Source: Pristiophorus japonicus (Eukaryota). From it: 64,000 nucleotides of DNA. A model generated the notes under the pieces. It did not search any database, was not told the DNA's origin, and worked only from the letters and a program-made list of their open reading frames with translations. Each line of letters starts with the position of its first letter. Within the stretch, counting starts at the first letter, position 1. The stretch covers positions 109,120,001-109,184,000 of the forward strand of contig NC_091984.1 in NCBI RefSeq assembly GCF_044704955.1. The letters are read 5' to 3'. Positions 38,691 to 50,257 of the stretch are shown here, piece by piece. The position numbers were made by a program, and so were the translations under genes.

Positions 38691-40029
38691 TTTACTATAT
38701 TATATTGCAATACTATTATATGTTTTCTAAAATGTAGTTAAATTTATATAGCTTTTATACCTCCAAAACCTTCTAAAATAAACAATTCTCTCTTCTCTGC
38801 AACTCTGTCTTGCTCCTCTCTCTCTCTATCTCCACTCTCTCTCTCTCTCTCTCTGACCCTCCCTGTGCCTTCTGAGCATGTGATGACCCCTGACCTCCCA
38901 AAACCCAGTAAAAAAAATTGGCCAAAAAAAGTCACACATGCGCAGAAGGCTGTTGCTAGGGAAGCTTTTTCTTTCTGACTTCCTTTTTCGGTGGCCGAAT
39001 GGGACATCGCCGAAAAATCAGATCGCCCATTCCACATCGCCGGGCTAAAGCTGAGTGGAAAATCGCAAAAAAAAATGGACCATGTACCAGCGATCAGCAA
39101 GGCTGAGATGCCCCACATCGCTGGAACAAGGCCCATTTTTTTCGGCGATGGCCACCTAACCCTCAATTCTGTCCTTACACCGTCCATGAGTGGATGCCTA
39201 TCATGATTCAATGAGAATCTCTGGAGCTAAGTTCCATTTGTCAAACACAGCCGGCCATACATCATTGAAATAGTGACCTCTAGTGGTGACATTACAAGCT
39301 TTCAATTCAAACCAGGCATTAACAATAATCCTCTGAACCATCACGACACCTGCACTGATTGCAAAGGAAACACTTTTTAAATTGGATCAAACCAATTTTG
39401 CCAGACTTATGGAGCTATTTAATGCTGACAGACCTTCCTCTCATTCCACAATGGCACATCCCAGCTAGTTTCGTAGCACTGCAGGTGCACACGGAAAGGA
39501 AGGTTGACAGAGAGATCTTGAATGTGCCTCTTCCAGTGAGCAATGTGAATCCATTTGAGAGGGCAGAGCACAAATTCTCAACCTGTAATTAATTAAACTG
39601 AGGCAGATTTAAGCTCAACTTGCACAATACACAATAAGGAGAATATTAGCCGGTTCCAAGCAGATATAGAAAGACTAAGTGACTGAGCTCATAAATGCCG
39701 AATGTCTTTTAGCCTGGAGATATGCAGTGTTGTGCACACGTGGCCTAGCAACTTGAGGCATGTCTGCTTCATGCTTGTGTGCCCACTAAAGGTAATCAAC
39801 TGGGGCGATGGTCACAATCGAAAAATGAGTATGCACATCTACTGGCAAAAGGTTCAATTGCAGGGCAGTAAAAGATCACCACCACACAATCAAAGTAGAA
39901 GAAACCCATATGACCACATGCCTCTCAACCTCTGAGCCAATCAGTGATCTGTCTTACAAAAATCGGGGTGGATTGACAACTGATCCAAAGCTGTCCATCA
40001 GCTCAGCTCTGCAACCTCCTCTTGGAGCC

Positions 40030-40305
40030 CTACATCCCTGCCTGTATCACTCTTCCTATTTAAGTCTGCTGTGCACTCCACCATCAGTGGCTGCACCTTT
40101 GGCCACTGCCCCCTGCTTTCTGGGTCTCTCTGCCTTACAATGTCTCCCCTCCACCCCATTTAAAAAACCTTCTTAAACACTACCTCTGTGAACACACCTT
40201 TGGCACCGCCCCGAACTCCCCTGCCCAACTCTGCCAGGGTCCAATCACGATTTCTGCAGCACTTTGGGTCATTCTCACTGCGTTAAAGACTCAGTATAAA
40301 TGTGG
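40030..40305 (+). mobile_element. Old L2-like 3' end
   Basis: ttaaaaaaccttcttaaacactacctc...gcactttggg...cgttaaagactcagtataaatgt resembles the reverse complement of the 3629-3790 tail. Confidence 0.4.
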
Positions 40306-40971
40306 GTTTGAGTTGTTTGTCATCACACAGAGAAAACTGATGGCACCTCACACCTGACATTTCTTTTATCAAAATGAATAGATGTTTCTTTATGAACATT
40401 TTTGCTGGTCTCAAACAATCCTGAGCTCAGCAGCACTTTATTCACTGCGTAGTTTATTACTTAGCTGAGGAACACACTGAAACATTGGCTGTATTCTAAT
40501 TAACTGCTTTTGTTTGCATCCTTGTGCTGGCGCTCAAAGTAAAGCTTTAAACATTCTCTGAGGTGCCTTGTGTCAGTCGGTAAATACAGTACTGACATCT
40601 AGTGGCCAGTAAGAAGCACTGTGAGTCTTCTTCACAATAACAGCACACTACCATTTTACTCAATACATATAACCCAGGAAATGTGGAAAAAAACAGGACT
40701 GTCAAGCAGTCAGTTGTAGATATACAGAGTAACACACTGTTATACACCATAGCACCCTCAAGATAGCCTCAGTATGTAAGTTTCTGGCACATCTTTCTCA
40801 GTGGTCTTACAATGTGGACATTTATGCATATTGGTATTGTAAACACTGCGTGTAATACAAGATACTGCCACAATATTTACATCATGAACAAGCTTTCATT
40901 ATTTGATACAGGATAATATTGAAGAACTTCATTTTCAACCTAATTGATATACTTATTTTTTTCCTTTCCTA

Positions 40972-41681
40972 GAGCTAGAAATTGCATCGCGTCCCGTTTG
41001 AGGCGATAATTTTCGCGGAAGCGCAAAAGTATCGGAGGGCGCTACCCAATTCCAGCGGCGTGAACTTCCGGTTTAGCGCTCCTGGAGGGATGTGGAGCAC
41101 TAAATCAGGCATTACCGCTTCTCTTGGAGCGCTAAATGAAGAAAGAGGGGCGGTAGCAGCAGAGCACTGTACAATGTCCCGATCAGAGAAGGGCCAATGC
41201 TGAGGGTGATTCACGGGAAGGATTCGACTGGTCGGTGACGGCACCTGCAATCAGGGAAGATCAGCCCCAAGCACGCTAACAGAGTGCAGGACTGATCAAT
41301 CGGGACATTGGAAAAATTCAAAAAGCATTACGGTGGGGTGGAAATGTTTCTTTGGCCCACCTGACCAGCAATGCCTTTGATTACCTTTCCCCAAGCAGCC
41401 GCTGAGCTCACAACACCTCCTGTGGCTGCCATTATTGATGCCTGGCGATGCTGCCGGGAGCAGAAGCGAATTTCCGATCCGGGGCCATAACGGGGTGTTG
41501 CGCACCGGATAATGTCACGATCTCTGGAATAGTAAGATGTAGCGCTAACCTGTCAAGCAAATTCGGGGACATCGGTATTTTTGATGCACCTGGTCGGTAC
41601 GCCATTAGCTCCCCGGTATCGCCCCCCCCCCCGCCCCCAGAGGTGCTACCAGGAGGCGCAAAGGAAGCCAATTTCTCATCC
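40972..41681. mobile_element. Harbinger-type MITE
   Basis: GAGCTAGAAATTG...CAATTTCTCATCC termini; CpG-rich and non-coding. Confidence 0.55.
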
Positions 41682-42551
41682 TAATGTTTAAGGTAGGTAT
41701 AGATTATTCAAACCGGATTCATCCTCTTCTCCTGTACCTTATCAGCCACCATTCAAAACAGAGATTTAGACTACAGTTTGTTTTAATTGTCCTTTTACAC
41801 GCCCCAAATAAATCAGTTTTACAGCTGATCACATAGCTGGTTAAAACTTGTATCTCCATGTAGAAGCAAGTGTCTTTGCGTTAGAAGTGACAGAAATTCC
41901 AACACGTATCCATGTCAACATTGCAATAAATACATTTAAATGCAGGATATCCCATCAAAATTAAATTGACTTGTGCAGCGGGCTGACAGTGAAATACATG
42001 ATCCCTTGGATCATGCTGATTCTCTTTTCTTAGAGTGAAATGTGGATGCACGTGGAAAATGCTGATACATGAATGTATTTTACCAGCACTTCAGTCTCGA
42101 TTTTAACAGTAGGGAAATGCTGCAATGTCAAACCGTGTGCTGTTTTGTAAGTCGTTGGTCTTGATTTTAACTCGGGGTGGGATTGGTGCATGCGGTGGGG
42201 CAGGGGGGGTTGCAGGACGAGTAACATATTCAAGATTGGACTCCCGTCTGAATCCAGCAGGAGTCACTGCCTGGCCGACAGGTGGGATCAGGAATTCGGG
42301 CGGGAGGAGGCCACCATCGGGGTCTTAAGAGAATGATCCCCGGCACAAGGTAAGCCAATGGGAGACGCCAGGAATGGAATCCCTATCAGGGAAGGGTGGG
42401 GGAGGAGGCTGGAACAGGGGAGGCCCAAGATTTCCTGTGCGGCCTGGAGAACACCTGCTCCTCCTGGCCCCACAGATTTTGCCTGGTAGGGTAGCCGTCA
42501 TTGCTCCCCCCATCAGGCCTCAGATTAAAATGGCCCGACCTGCTTATTTAA

Positions 42552-43875
42552 AGACTGGTCACAAAAGTAAAAGAATCCAGGGCAAAGTGGCAAGTTGGAT
42601 CCAAAATTGGCTCAGAGGCAGGAAGAAAAGGGTAATGGTTGATATGTATTTTTGTGACTGGAAGGATGTTTCCAGTGGGGTTCCGCAGGGCTCAGCACTC
42701 GGGCCCTTGCTTTCTGTGATATACACCAATGATTTAGACTTTGATGCAGGGGGTATGATTAAGAAGTTTGCAGATGAGACTAAAATCAGCTGTGTGATGG
42801 ATAATGAAAAAGAAAGTTGTAGACTCCAGGATGATATTAATGAACTGGTCAGGTGGGCAGAACAGTGGCATATGGAATACAATTCTGAGGAATGTGAGGT
42901 AATGCATTTGGGGAGGGCTAACAAGGCAAGGGGATACACATTAAATGGTAGGACACTGAGAAGTGTAGAGGAACAAAGGGACCTTGGAGTGCTTGTCCAC
43001 AGATCCCTGAAGGTAGCAGGCGAGGTAGATAAGGTGGTTAAGAAGGCATACGGAATGCTTGCCTTTATTAGCCGAGGCATAGAATATAAGAGCAGGTGGG
43101 TTATGCTTGAACTGTAGAAAACACTGGTTAGACCACAGCTAGAGTACTGCGTGCAGTTCTGGTCACATTACAGGAAAGATGTCATTGCACTAGAGAGGGT
43201 ACAGAGGAGATTTACGAGGATGTTGCCTGGACTGGAGAATTTTTGTTTTCTTTGGAACAGAAAAGGCTGAGGTCTATAAAATTATGAGGGATCTGGATAG
43301 AGTGGATAGGAAGGATTTATTTCCCTTAGCAGAGAGGTCAACAACCAGGGGGCATAGATTTAAAGTAATTGGTAGGAGGCTTAGAGGGGATTTAAGGAGA
43401 ACATTTTTCACCCTGAGGGTGGTGGGGGTCTGGAACTCACTGCTTGAAAGGGTGGTAGAGGCAGAAACCCTCACCATGTTTAAAAAGTACTTGAATGTGC
43501 ACTTGAAGTGCCGTAACCTACAGGGCTACGGACCAAGAGCTAGAAAGTGGGATTAGGCTGGATAGCTTATTGTTGGCCGGTGTGGACACGATGGGACGAA
43601 ATGGCCTCCTTCCGTGCTGTAAATTTCTATGATTCTATAATAACGAAGCATCTTCGACCAGTGGCAGCCACGGAGTATGAATTAGTGCACATATCACCAG
43701 GGAAATGAAAAATATACACAAGCACATTTAGAAACATAATGAATAGATTTAATGTAATACCTCTATTATATGCATTTTTGACTAGTGGGATTAGGGTGGA
43801 TAGCTCTTTGTTGGACGGCGCGGAAATGATGGGCCGAAATGGCCTCCTTCCGTGCTGTAAATTTCTATGATTCTA
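42552..43875 (+). mobile_element. CR1 (TTCTATGA tail) 42552-43638 plus a second tail 43784-43875, within MITE-like sequence (~42155-44010)
   Basis: SGVPQGSALGP, KFADETK, VVGVWNSL; two copies of the 3' UTR and tail. Confidence 0.9.
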
Positions 43876-44947
43876 AAGAGGATCCCATGGCCTGGGGTAG
43901 GTGCCCTTGCCCTCTGCAATTTAAAATTGCAGTCAGCCTGATCGGGGCGGGAAGGGAGTAGATAAGTCCCCCGCTCCATTTTAACTGACCCACCCCCACC
44001 CCCACTTGGTTTCCTCCAGGGCTATTTCTTGCATCCTCGTGATATGCCAAAAGGCCATACCACAGCCGGAGTACTTCTGAAGTGAATCACTGATTTTGCA
44101 GACCAGTGCAGCAGCCAATTTGTGCATGTTTGGAGTTCTGTCTCCAAGGTGAAGATCCTATTATCCACTGCTTAGATAAGCCTTCAGAGTTGGTATTTTC
44201 TGTTCCTATCAATCTAATTTCACAGCACTTGGCCAACGCAAGTAAGGAAGTTGTGATAAGGAAGTGAAAATGTGCATTCAGAATGAAGTCTGGTCCCATA
44301 CGAAAACTCAATCACCTAACCAGCCATTTTTGGACTAATTTATAGATGTTAAATTTGACCCGGTTGAGTCTGTTTCAGCTTTCACCTGGCCTACTGCTTT
44401 TTTATTGTGTACCTCTGTGTACATACAGAGGCACAGTGGAGTATATTTCCCTGTGTATCAGGCAAAATAAAAATTATTTACACTAAGCTGTTATAAACCA
44501 ACTATGCTTTTGTTATCTAACTTTGTACACTGAGGGAAATATGTCCCAAAGTGTCTTAACTGGCATGCTGTGCTCATCACCAGATTCCCAATCCCATCCT
44601 AAGCATTCTTGTCATCGTGGTGTTGTTTATGCTTGAAGCAATGTTATTACAAATATTGATTTGATTTTTAAATTACATGATCTATTGGAAAGGTACAGCT
44701 CCAGAAAGTCCAGAATATGAAACTGGCATCTGATATTTGATTGACCTAGATTATTTTTCCCTGCCAGTTGTCAGAGCTAGATTTAATCCCTGATGCTCCA
44801 GTAGTGCAGCACGTGTCTGCTGATTGGCCTGGAGAGCTGCAGACCTCTTTTAATCGCTGGAGGTTTAAAGGCACCTGTTTCATAGATGGTATAGTAGGAA
44901 TGAGTGATTTTCATTCAGTAAGGACATTTGTTTACTGAGGACACTCA

Positions 44948-45298
44948 AAAGATTCTGAAGGGGATTGACAGGGTAGAGGGGTTGTTTCCTCTGGCTGGAG
45001 TGTCTAGAACTAGGGGGCACAGTCTCAGGATAAGGGGAAGGCCATTTAAGACAGACATGAGGAGGAATTTCTTCACTCAGAGGGTTGTGAATCTTTGAAA
45101 TTCTCTGCCCCAGAGGGCTGTGGATGTTGAGTCTCTGAATATATTCAAGGCTGTGATAGATTTTTGGAGCCTAGGTGAATCAAGGGATATGGAGATCGGG
45201 CAGGAAAGTGGAGTTGAGGTCGATGATCAGCCATGATATTGAATGGCAGAGCAGGCTCAAGGGGTCAAATGCTCCTATTCCTTATGTTCTTGTGTTCT
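44948..45298 (+). mobile_element. CR1 3' fragment
   Basis: ttcttcactcagagggttgtgaatc...tail cttatgttcttgtgttct. Confidence 0.8.
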
Positions 45299-48049
45299 AA
45301 CACATTGGAGGCGATTTTAATCCTATTCGCTCAGCAGAAACCTGGCGGGTGGGCAGTTAAAATCACCCAGCTCGTACCTGTCCGAAAGCTGCCACGATCA
45401 CAAAATCGGCATTTGCAGGAAGCATGGACACGTGTCCGGAGCGAACAGGGTCATTCTTTACATATGCATGTTGCGGCCCGATGACATCATTGAGACCCGA
45501 CTGTAATTTTAGCTCAGACCTGAGCGGGGAATCCACCTGGAGTTAAGTGGCTGGATCAGAATAAGATCTTCAGATTTGACTCGCCAATATTCTGAGCCAA
45601 TGTTAATGCAAAAGCTATATTCTCAGATTCACTCTATGCTAACTAGAAAATGGAAAGTGGAGGGACCCAGTCAGGACCCTCGTCTATCCCTACCCTTAAT
45701 TAAATGGAAATTCAAACGTGCTGGGGGCGGGGAGGAGGGAGGTTGGAGGGGTCAAATAAAGGAACAAAAATGAATCCCAGTTTCTCCTGGGTCAGGATGG
45801 TTCATCGTTCTTCGATTTCACGTTGCTCCCTTCTTTCTTCTGTGCAAACAGAACCATCACTGGCACATTTCTGCCAGGCCTAGGTGACGTTTGAACAAGT
45901 TAATTACTAAACGAAGTGCCCTATCACGCCCTCAAGACATCCCAATGTACCTTACATTTGAAGCGGAGTCACTATTGTTATGTAGACAAACAAGGCAGTA
46001 TGGTCCCATTAACAGCAAAAGTGAGCAGATAATCTGTTTATGCTGATGAACTCTTAATGAGGTTTAAAAAAGTCCCATAACAGTGATAACTGGAATGGTA
46101 ATATACATTTACAACCAAATGACTTTACTGCAATAACACACTTAATATTGATGTTTTAGCAGTTCATAAAATTAGGCAACATTTGCACCATATAAATGAC
46201 TCTTGAAGTGAAAGGGTTTGTTAATGTAACAAATTGCTGCTTGAATAAATCTCTCAATGTTGTCACTTGATCAGGATCATCTTGGTTCTGCTCCATCTGC
46301 TTTGCACCCACTGCTAACTACTGAATTGCTTGAGATGCATTAAATCTTTGATATTGTAGGTGGGTTCACTGCTGAGAACACTTTGCTCAGGACAAGCTAT
46401 CAGTTACTAATGAGACAGCCTTCAGCAATCCTCGGAAGCAACACCAACTTCATTTTAGAAGCTGACAGACATGACCTGCTCCAGGGTTCAGACAGAGGTC
46501 AACCTCTTATTACATCTGGTCTGTTAAGAAGACACTTGTGCTCATAAATGCCTGAGACGCTGGGTAAAAGTTGTTGGAATGAGTAAGGAATCCAATCAGG
46601 TATCACTTTCACTGTTTGATGTCTTACTATCCCAAAATATAGCGGATTCTACAACAAACCTCGGCAAAATGAACATCTCTGATTGACACAATTTACGTAG
46701 CAAGGCAAAATTACATTACAAAGATTTTATACATTCAAAAAAAAGTAGCGTCTCAGTTTAGAATTCTATACGAGGTGTAGTATTTTACTTAATGTTCTAC
46801 TGAATCCAAGAGATTGAAAAGCTAGTTAGGCGAAAGGTCCTTTAGGATTCTATACTATAATTTAGAAAGGTGTGCCCAGTATTGACATATATTTGATTGC
46901 CTGAACCATCATGAATGCAATGTTGTTCTCCAACAGAATGTGCACCCAAGGTTAACTCATCCATTCTTCTTCAGATATGAGGTGTGCGTTTTATCCGTAT
47001 GGTGTTCATGAGGTGAACTGACATTTTGGAGATAGTGAAAGCAGAAAGGGGGCCCTGAGAGTCAAGTGTAGAAGAAAGTTGCAATCCAAAGGGGTATCTT
47101 TAAATTGCTCACTTTTAACCTTACATATCAAGTCACACCTCAAAAAAGACCCTACTTTTCACAAGCTATTCCTCTCAGGATAAATTCCACTTGCTTGATT
47201 TGGGCATTCACTTACAGGAAAACTAAGATTCATTTCACTTGAAAATAAAACTGTTGTTAAAAATAGTTTTCTGCTATGTTTTTATGCTTAGTTTCTTCAC
47301 AAGAGATTTTCTAGCATGATCTTATCTGAGACAAAATATTTATACAGTCCAATTTTGGAGCAAACTGCTTGTCTCGATAACCTATTACAATTACCAACCT
47401 TAATTTCACTCAGATATGTTTTGCTCTCATGGGATTTCATGCCCACACTCCATTAGAACATCAAGAAGCATTCAGGCTAAATCAATTTGCCTCCTACTAG
47501 TCAGGACAACCCATCATTTACTGTAATTCACCCCGTCACAGTTCATGACAGGTAAGGTTAAAAGCTAAGCACGGAATGGAGACCTTTCATGTTTGTCTCT
47601 CTATTTAGTGGTTTCCCCTTAAAATCATCATCCAGTGTAGTTACAGTAAAATGAGAAAACATCAACGCAAAGGACCACTTGGGAAAATTTACAAGCAGAC
47701 ATACACTTTTACATTATAATTAGAGTCTTGACTCATCAACCTTTAAGCGTAGTTACTGTTGAACAGTCTCAATGGTTTGATTTATTAATTTATTTTATCA
47801 TATTCCTCATTATTTCTCCTTTTTCTTCAGAAAACAATCGCTGGTAGATCATCTCTTCCAGCTTGGGATAACAAAACAGGATGGGCAGGAGCATCCATTA
47901 CTGGCACTATTTCGTTCTCGCTTGCAGTGAGCTCGCTGCCAGCTTCCCTCCCCACACTGGAACATCCTGGCTATTGTGAGTTGCGGTACTCCAATTATCA
48001 GTTCAGTTGAAAGGCAGTCTTGAAGCTTGACTTAGGAATATCCTTCCAT

Positions 48050-49138
48050 AATATCATAGGCAGTCCCTCAAAATGAGGATGACTTGCTTCCACGCCAAAA
48101 ATGGATGCGTTCACAGGTGTTTCAATGAAGGACCTAATATTCTAGGTCCCGAACTACATGTTGAAGGGTGGAAGATGCCTGTGCGTGGATTTTTTTAACG
48201 TGTGGTGGCCGTTGCACACCAGCCACCACACGGGCTTGACAGAACTAGGTCTTGGTCCAATGGCAAGGATTAACCAAGATGACTGGAGACCAGCTCTGCT
48301 GCACGGACCGAGTGCGCACACATATCGCAGTGTGGGCTAGTCCGTGCTGCCCCTGGGCCCTTGCCTCTTCTGGGCCCTGAACTCACGCCTCTCCTGGGCC
48401 CCGAACTCACGCCTCTCCTGGGCCCCGATCACGTCCCTCTACGAACTCTAAGGGCCCTTGGCGTGGAAGCAAGCCATCCTCATTTCAAGGGACTGCCTAT
48501 GATGATGATGGAAGGATATTCCTAAGTCAAGCTTCAAGACTGCCTTTCAACTGGACTAATAATTGGAGTACCGCAACTCACAATAGCCAGACTGATTCCC
48601 GGGATGGCTGGACTGACATATGAGAAGAGATTGAATCGTCTGGGCCTTTATTCACTGGATTTTAGAAGGATGAGAAGGGATCTCACAGAAACATATAAAA
48701 TTCTGATGGGACTGGCGAGGTTAGATACAGGAAGAATGTTCCTGATGTTGGGACGTCCAGAACCAGGGGACACAGTCTAAGGATGGGGGGTAAGCCATTT
48801 AGGACTGAGATGAGGAGAAACTTCTTCACTCAGGGAGTTGTTAACCTGTGGAATTCCCTACCGCAGAGAGTTGTTGATGCCAGTTCATTGGATATATTCA
48901 AGAGGGAGTTAGATGTGGCCCTTACGGCTAAAGGGATCAAGGGATATGGAGAGAAAGCAGGAAAGGGACACTCAGGTGAATGATCAGCCATGATCTTATT
49001 GAATGGTGGTGCAGACTCGAAGGGCTGAATGGCCTACTTCTGCACCTAGTTTCTATGTTTCTATGTTTCTTGCTGCTCCTCCGCCCCGACCTCGCTGCTC
49101 CTGCTGTACTGCCCACACTGCAATCAATGACCTGGATT
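48050..49138 (-). mobile_element. Non-autonomous RTE-tailed element (48050-48450, probably resuming at 49071-49138)
   Basis: Reverse complement of 31400-31750; internal ~27-bp tandem units (gggccccgaactcacgcctctcct). Confidence 0.75.
48591..49070 (+). mobile_element. CR1 3' fragment
   Basis: Matches 51985-52465; tail ttctatgtttctatgtttct. Confidence 0.9.
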
Positions 49139-49179
49139 AAGTTTGATAGACATTAAGGCCTTTATAGTTATTAATGATC

Positions 49180-49497
49180 AGTCTTTCGGATGAAATGTTA
49201 AACCGAGGCCCTGTCTGCTCTCTCAGGTGGACATAAAAGATCCCATTGCACTATTCCAAAGAAGAGCAGGGGAGTTATCCCTGGTGTCCTGGCAAATATT
49301 TATCCCTCAATCAACACAACAAAAACAGATTATCTGGTCATTATCACGTTGCTGTTTGTGGGAGTTTGCTGTGTGCAAATTGGCTGTCACATTACAACAG
49401 TGACTACACTCCAAAAGTACTTAATTGGCTGTAAAACGCTGAGACTTCTGGTGGTCATGAAAGGCGCTATATAAATGCAAGTCTTTCTTTCTTTTCT
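49180..49497 (+). mobile_element. DeuSINE (SacSINE1-like), 5'-truncated
   Basis: gtctttcggatgaaatgttaaaccgagg...aaagatcccattgcact...ggtgtcctggcaaa (Deu-domain-like core) and tail ggcgctatataaatgcaagtctttctttc. Confidence 0.8.
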
Positions 49498-50257
49498 CAA
49501 AATACCTTCAACCCTTTCTCTCTCCAACAATAGCAAATTGTCTGTTGAAGTCATCTCATCTGCCTGCTTCAATGTCCTTTTCGGGGTAACAACATTATTA
49601 CCCTTTCAGTGAAATAATATTGCCCAACTTCCCTTCTTACTCAGGGCTTACTGATCTTCCACGTATGTTTGATAGACATTAAGGCCCTTTATAGTTATTC
49701 GTTGGCAAACATCTTCAATTACCAGCCCCATCTAACACAGCATTTTAAGCAACAGTTTTATATGTCAAATGTGGGAAATGAAGACACCCGATGGAAGTAA
49801 TCAGTTTAGAACTTTTAACAAGCTGGAAATAAGCCTATTGACATCCACAAGCCACCTGACTGTAATTCGTGTGCTGCTAGGGAAATAGAAGCTTAATGGT
49901 TTAGAAACCAAGAATGAGCCTGCGATAGTCCTTATCATAGAAACACTATTAAGCAGGGTGACATTCTTCAGTATTAGATGTACCCACCCAATCCATCTTT
50001 CAGGAAGCTGCCTTCAAAGGAAATAAGACAGCTGAAAATTAGTTTGACCGACAGATCGACTTGGCAGGAGAACTCAAAAAGAATTAATGATGTCAAGTAA
50101 AGGATTGAGCCTCCCGACCTTGGTGTACAACCAAGGGTCAGGACAATGAAAACGGGTCACAGAACCATAAAATGGGAGCGGTCCAACTGTTTGGCCTCAA
50201 GAATCTGGAGAAGATGATAGAGGGCAAAGCTGGATTACTTGACGCTGAATAGAGTAA

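Larger units (their letters stand above)
34571..39153 (+). mobile_element. Two-gene PIF/Harbinger transposon; right TIR not found
   Basis: Left TIR GAGCTAGACTTTCCACT preceded by TAA, lying 85 bp inside another TIR (GGGCTAGAAATTCC, 34486). ATCGCC subterminal repeats at both ends. Convergent transposase and Myb genes. Confidence 0.85.

Noticed and set aside
47831-47975. Candidate + strand exon (TTTTCTTCAG...GTGAGT, one open frame KTIAGRSSLPAWDNKTGW...)
   Set aside because: The peptide is not recognised and I found no partner exons; it needs RNA-seq or BLASTX.
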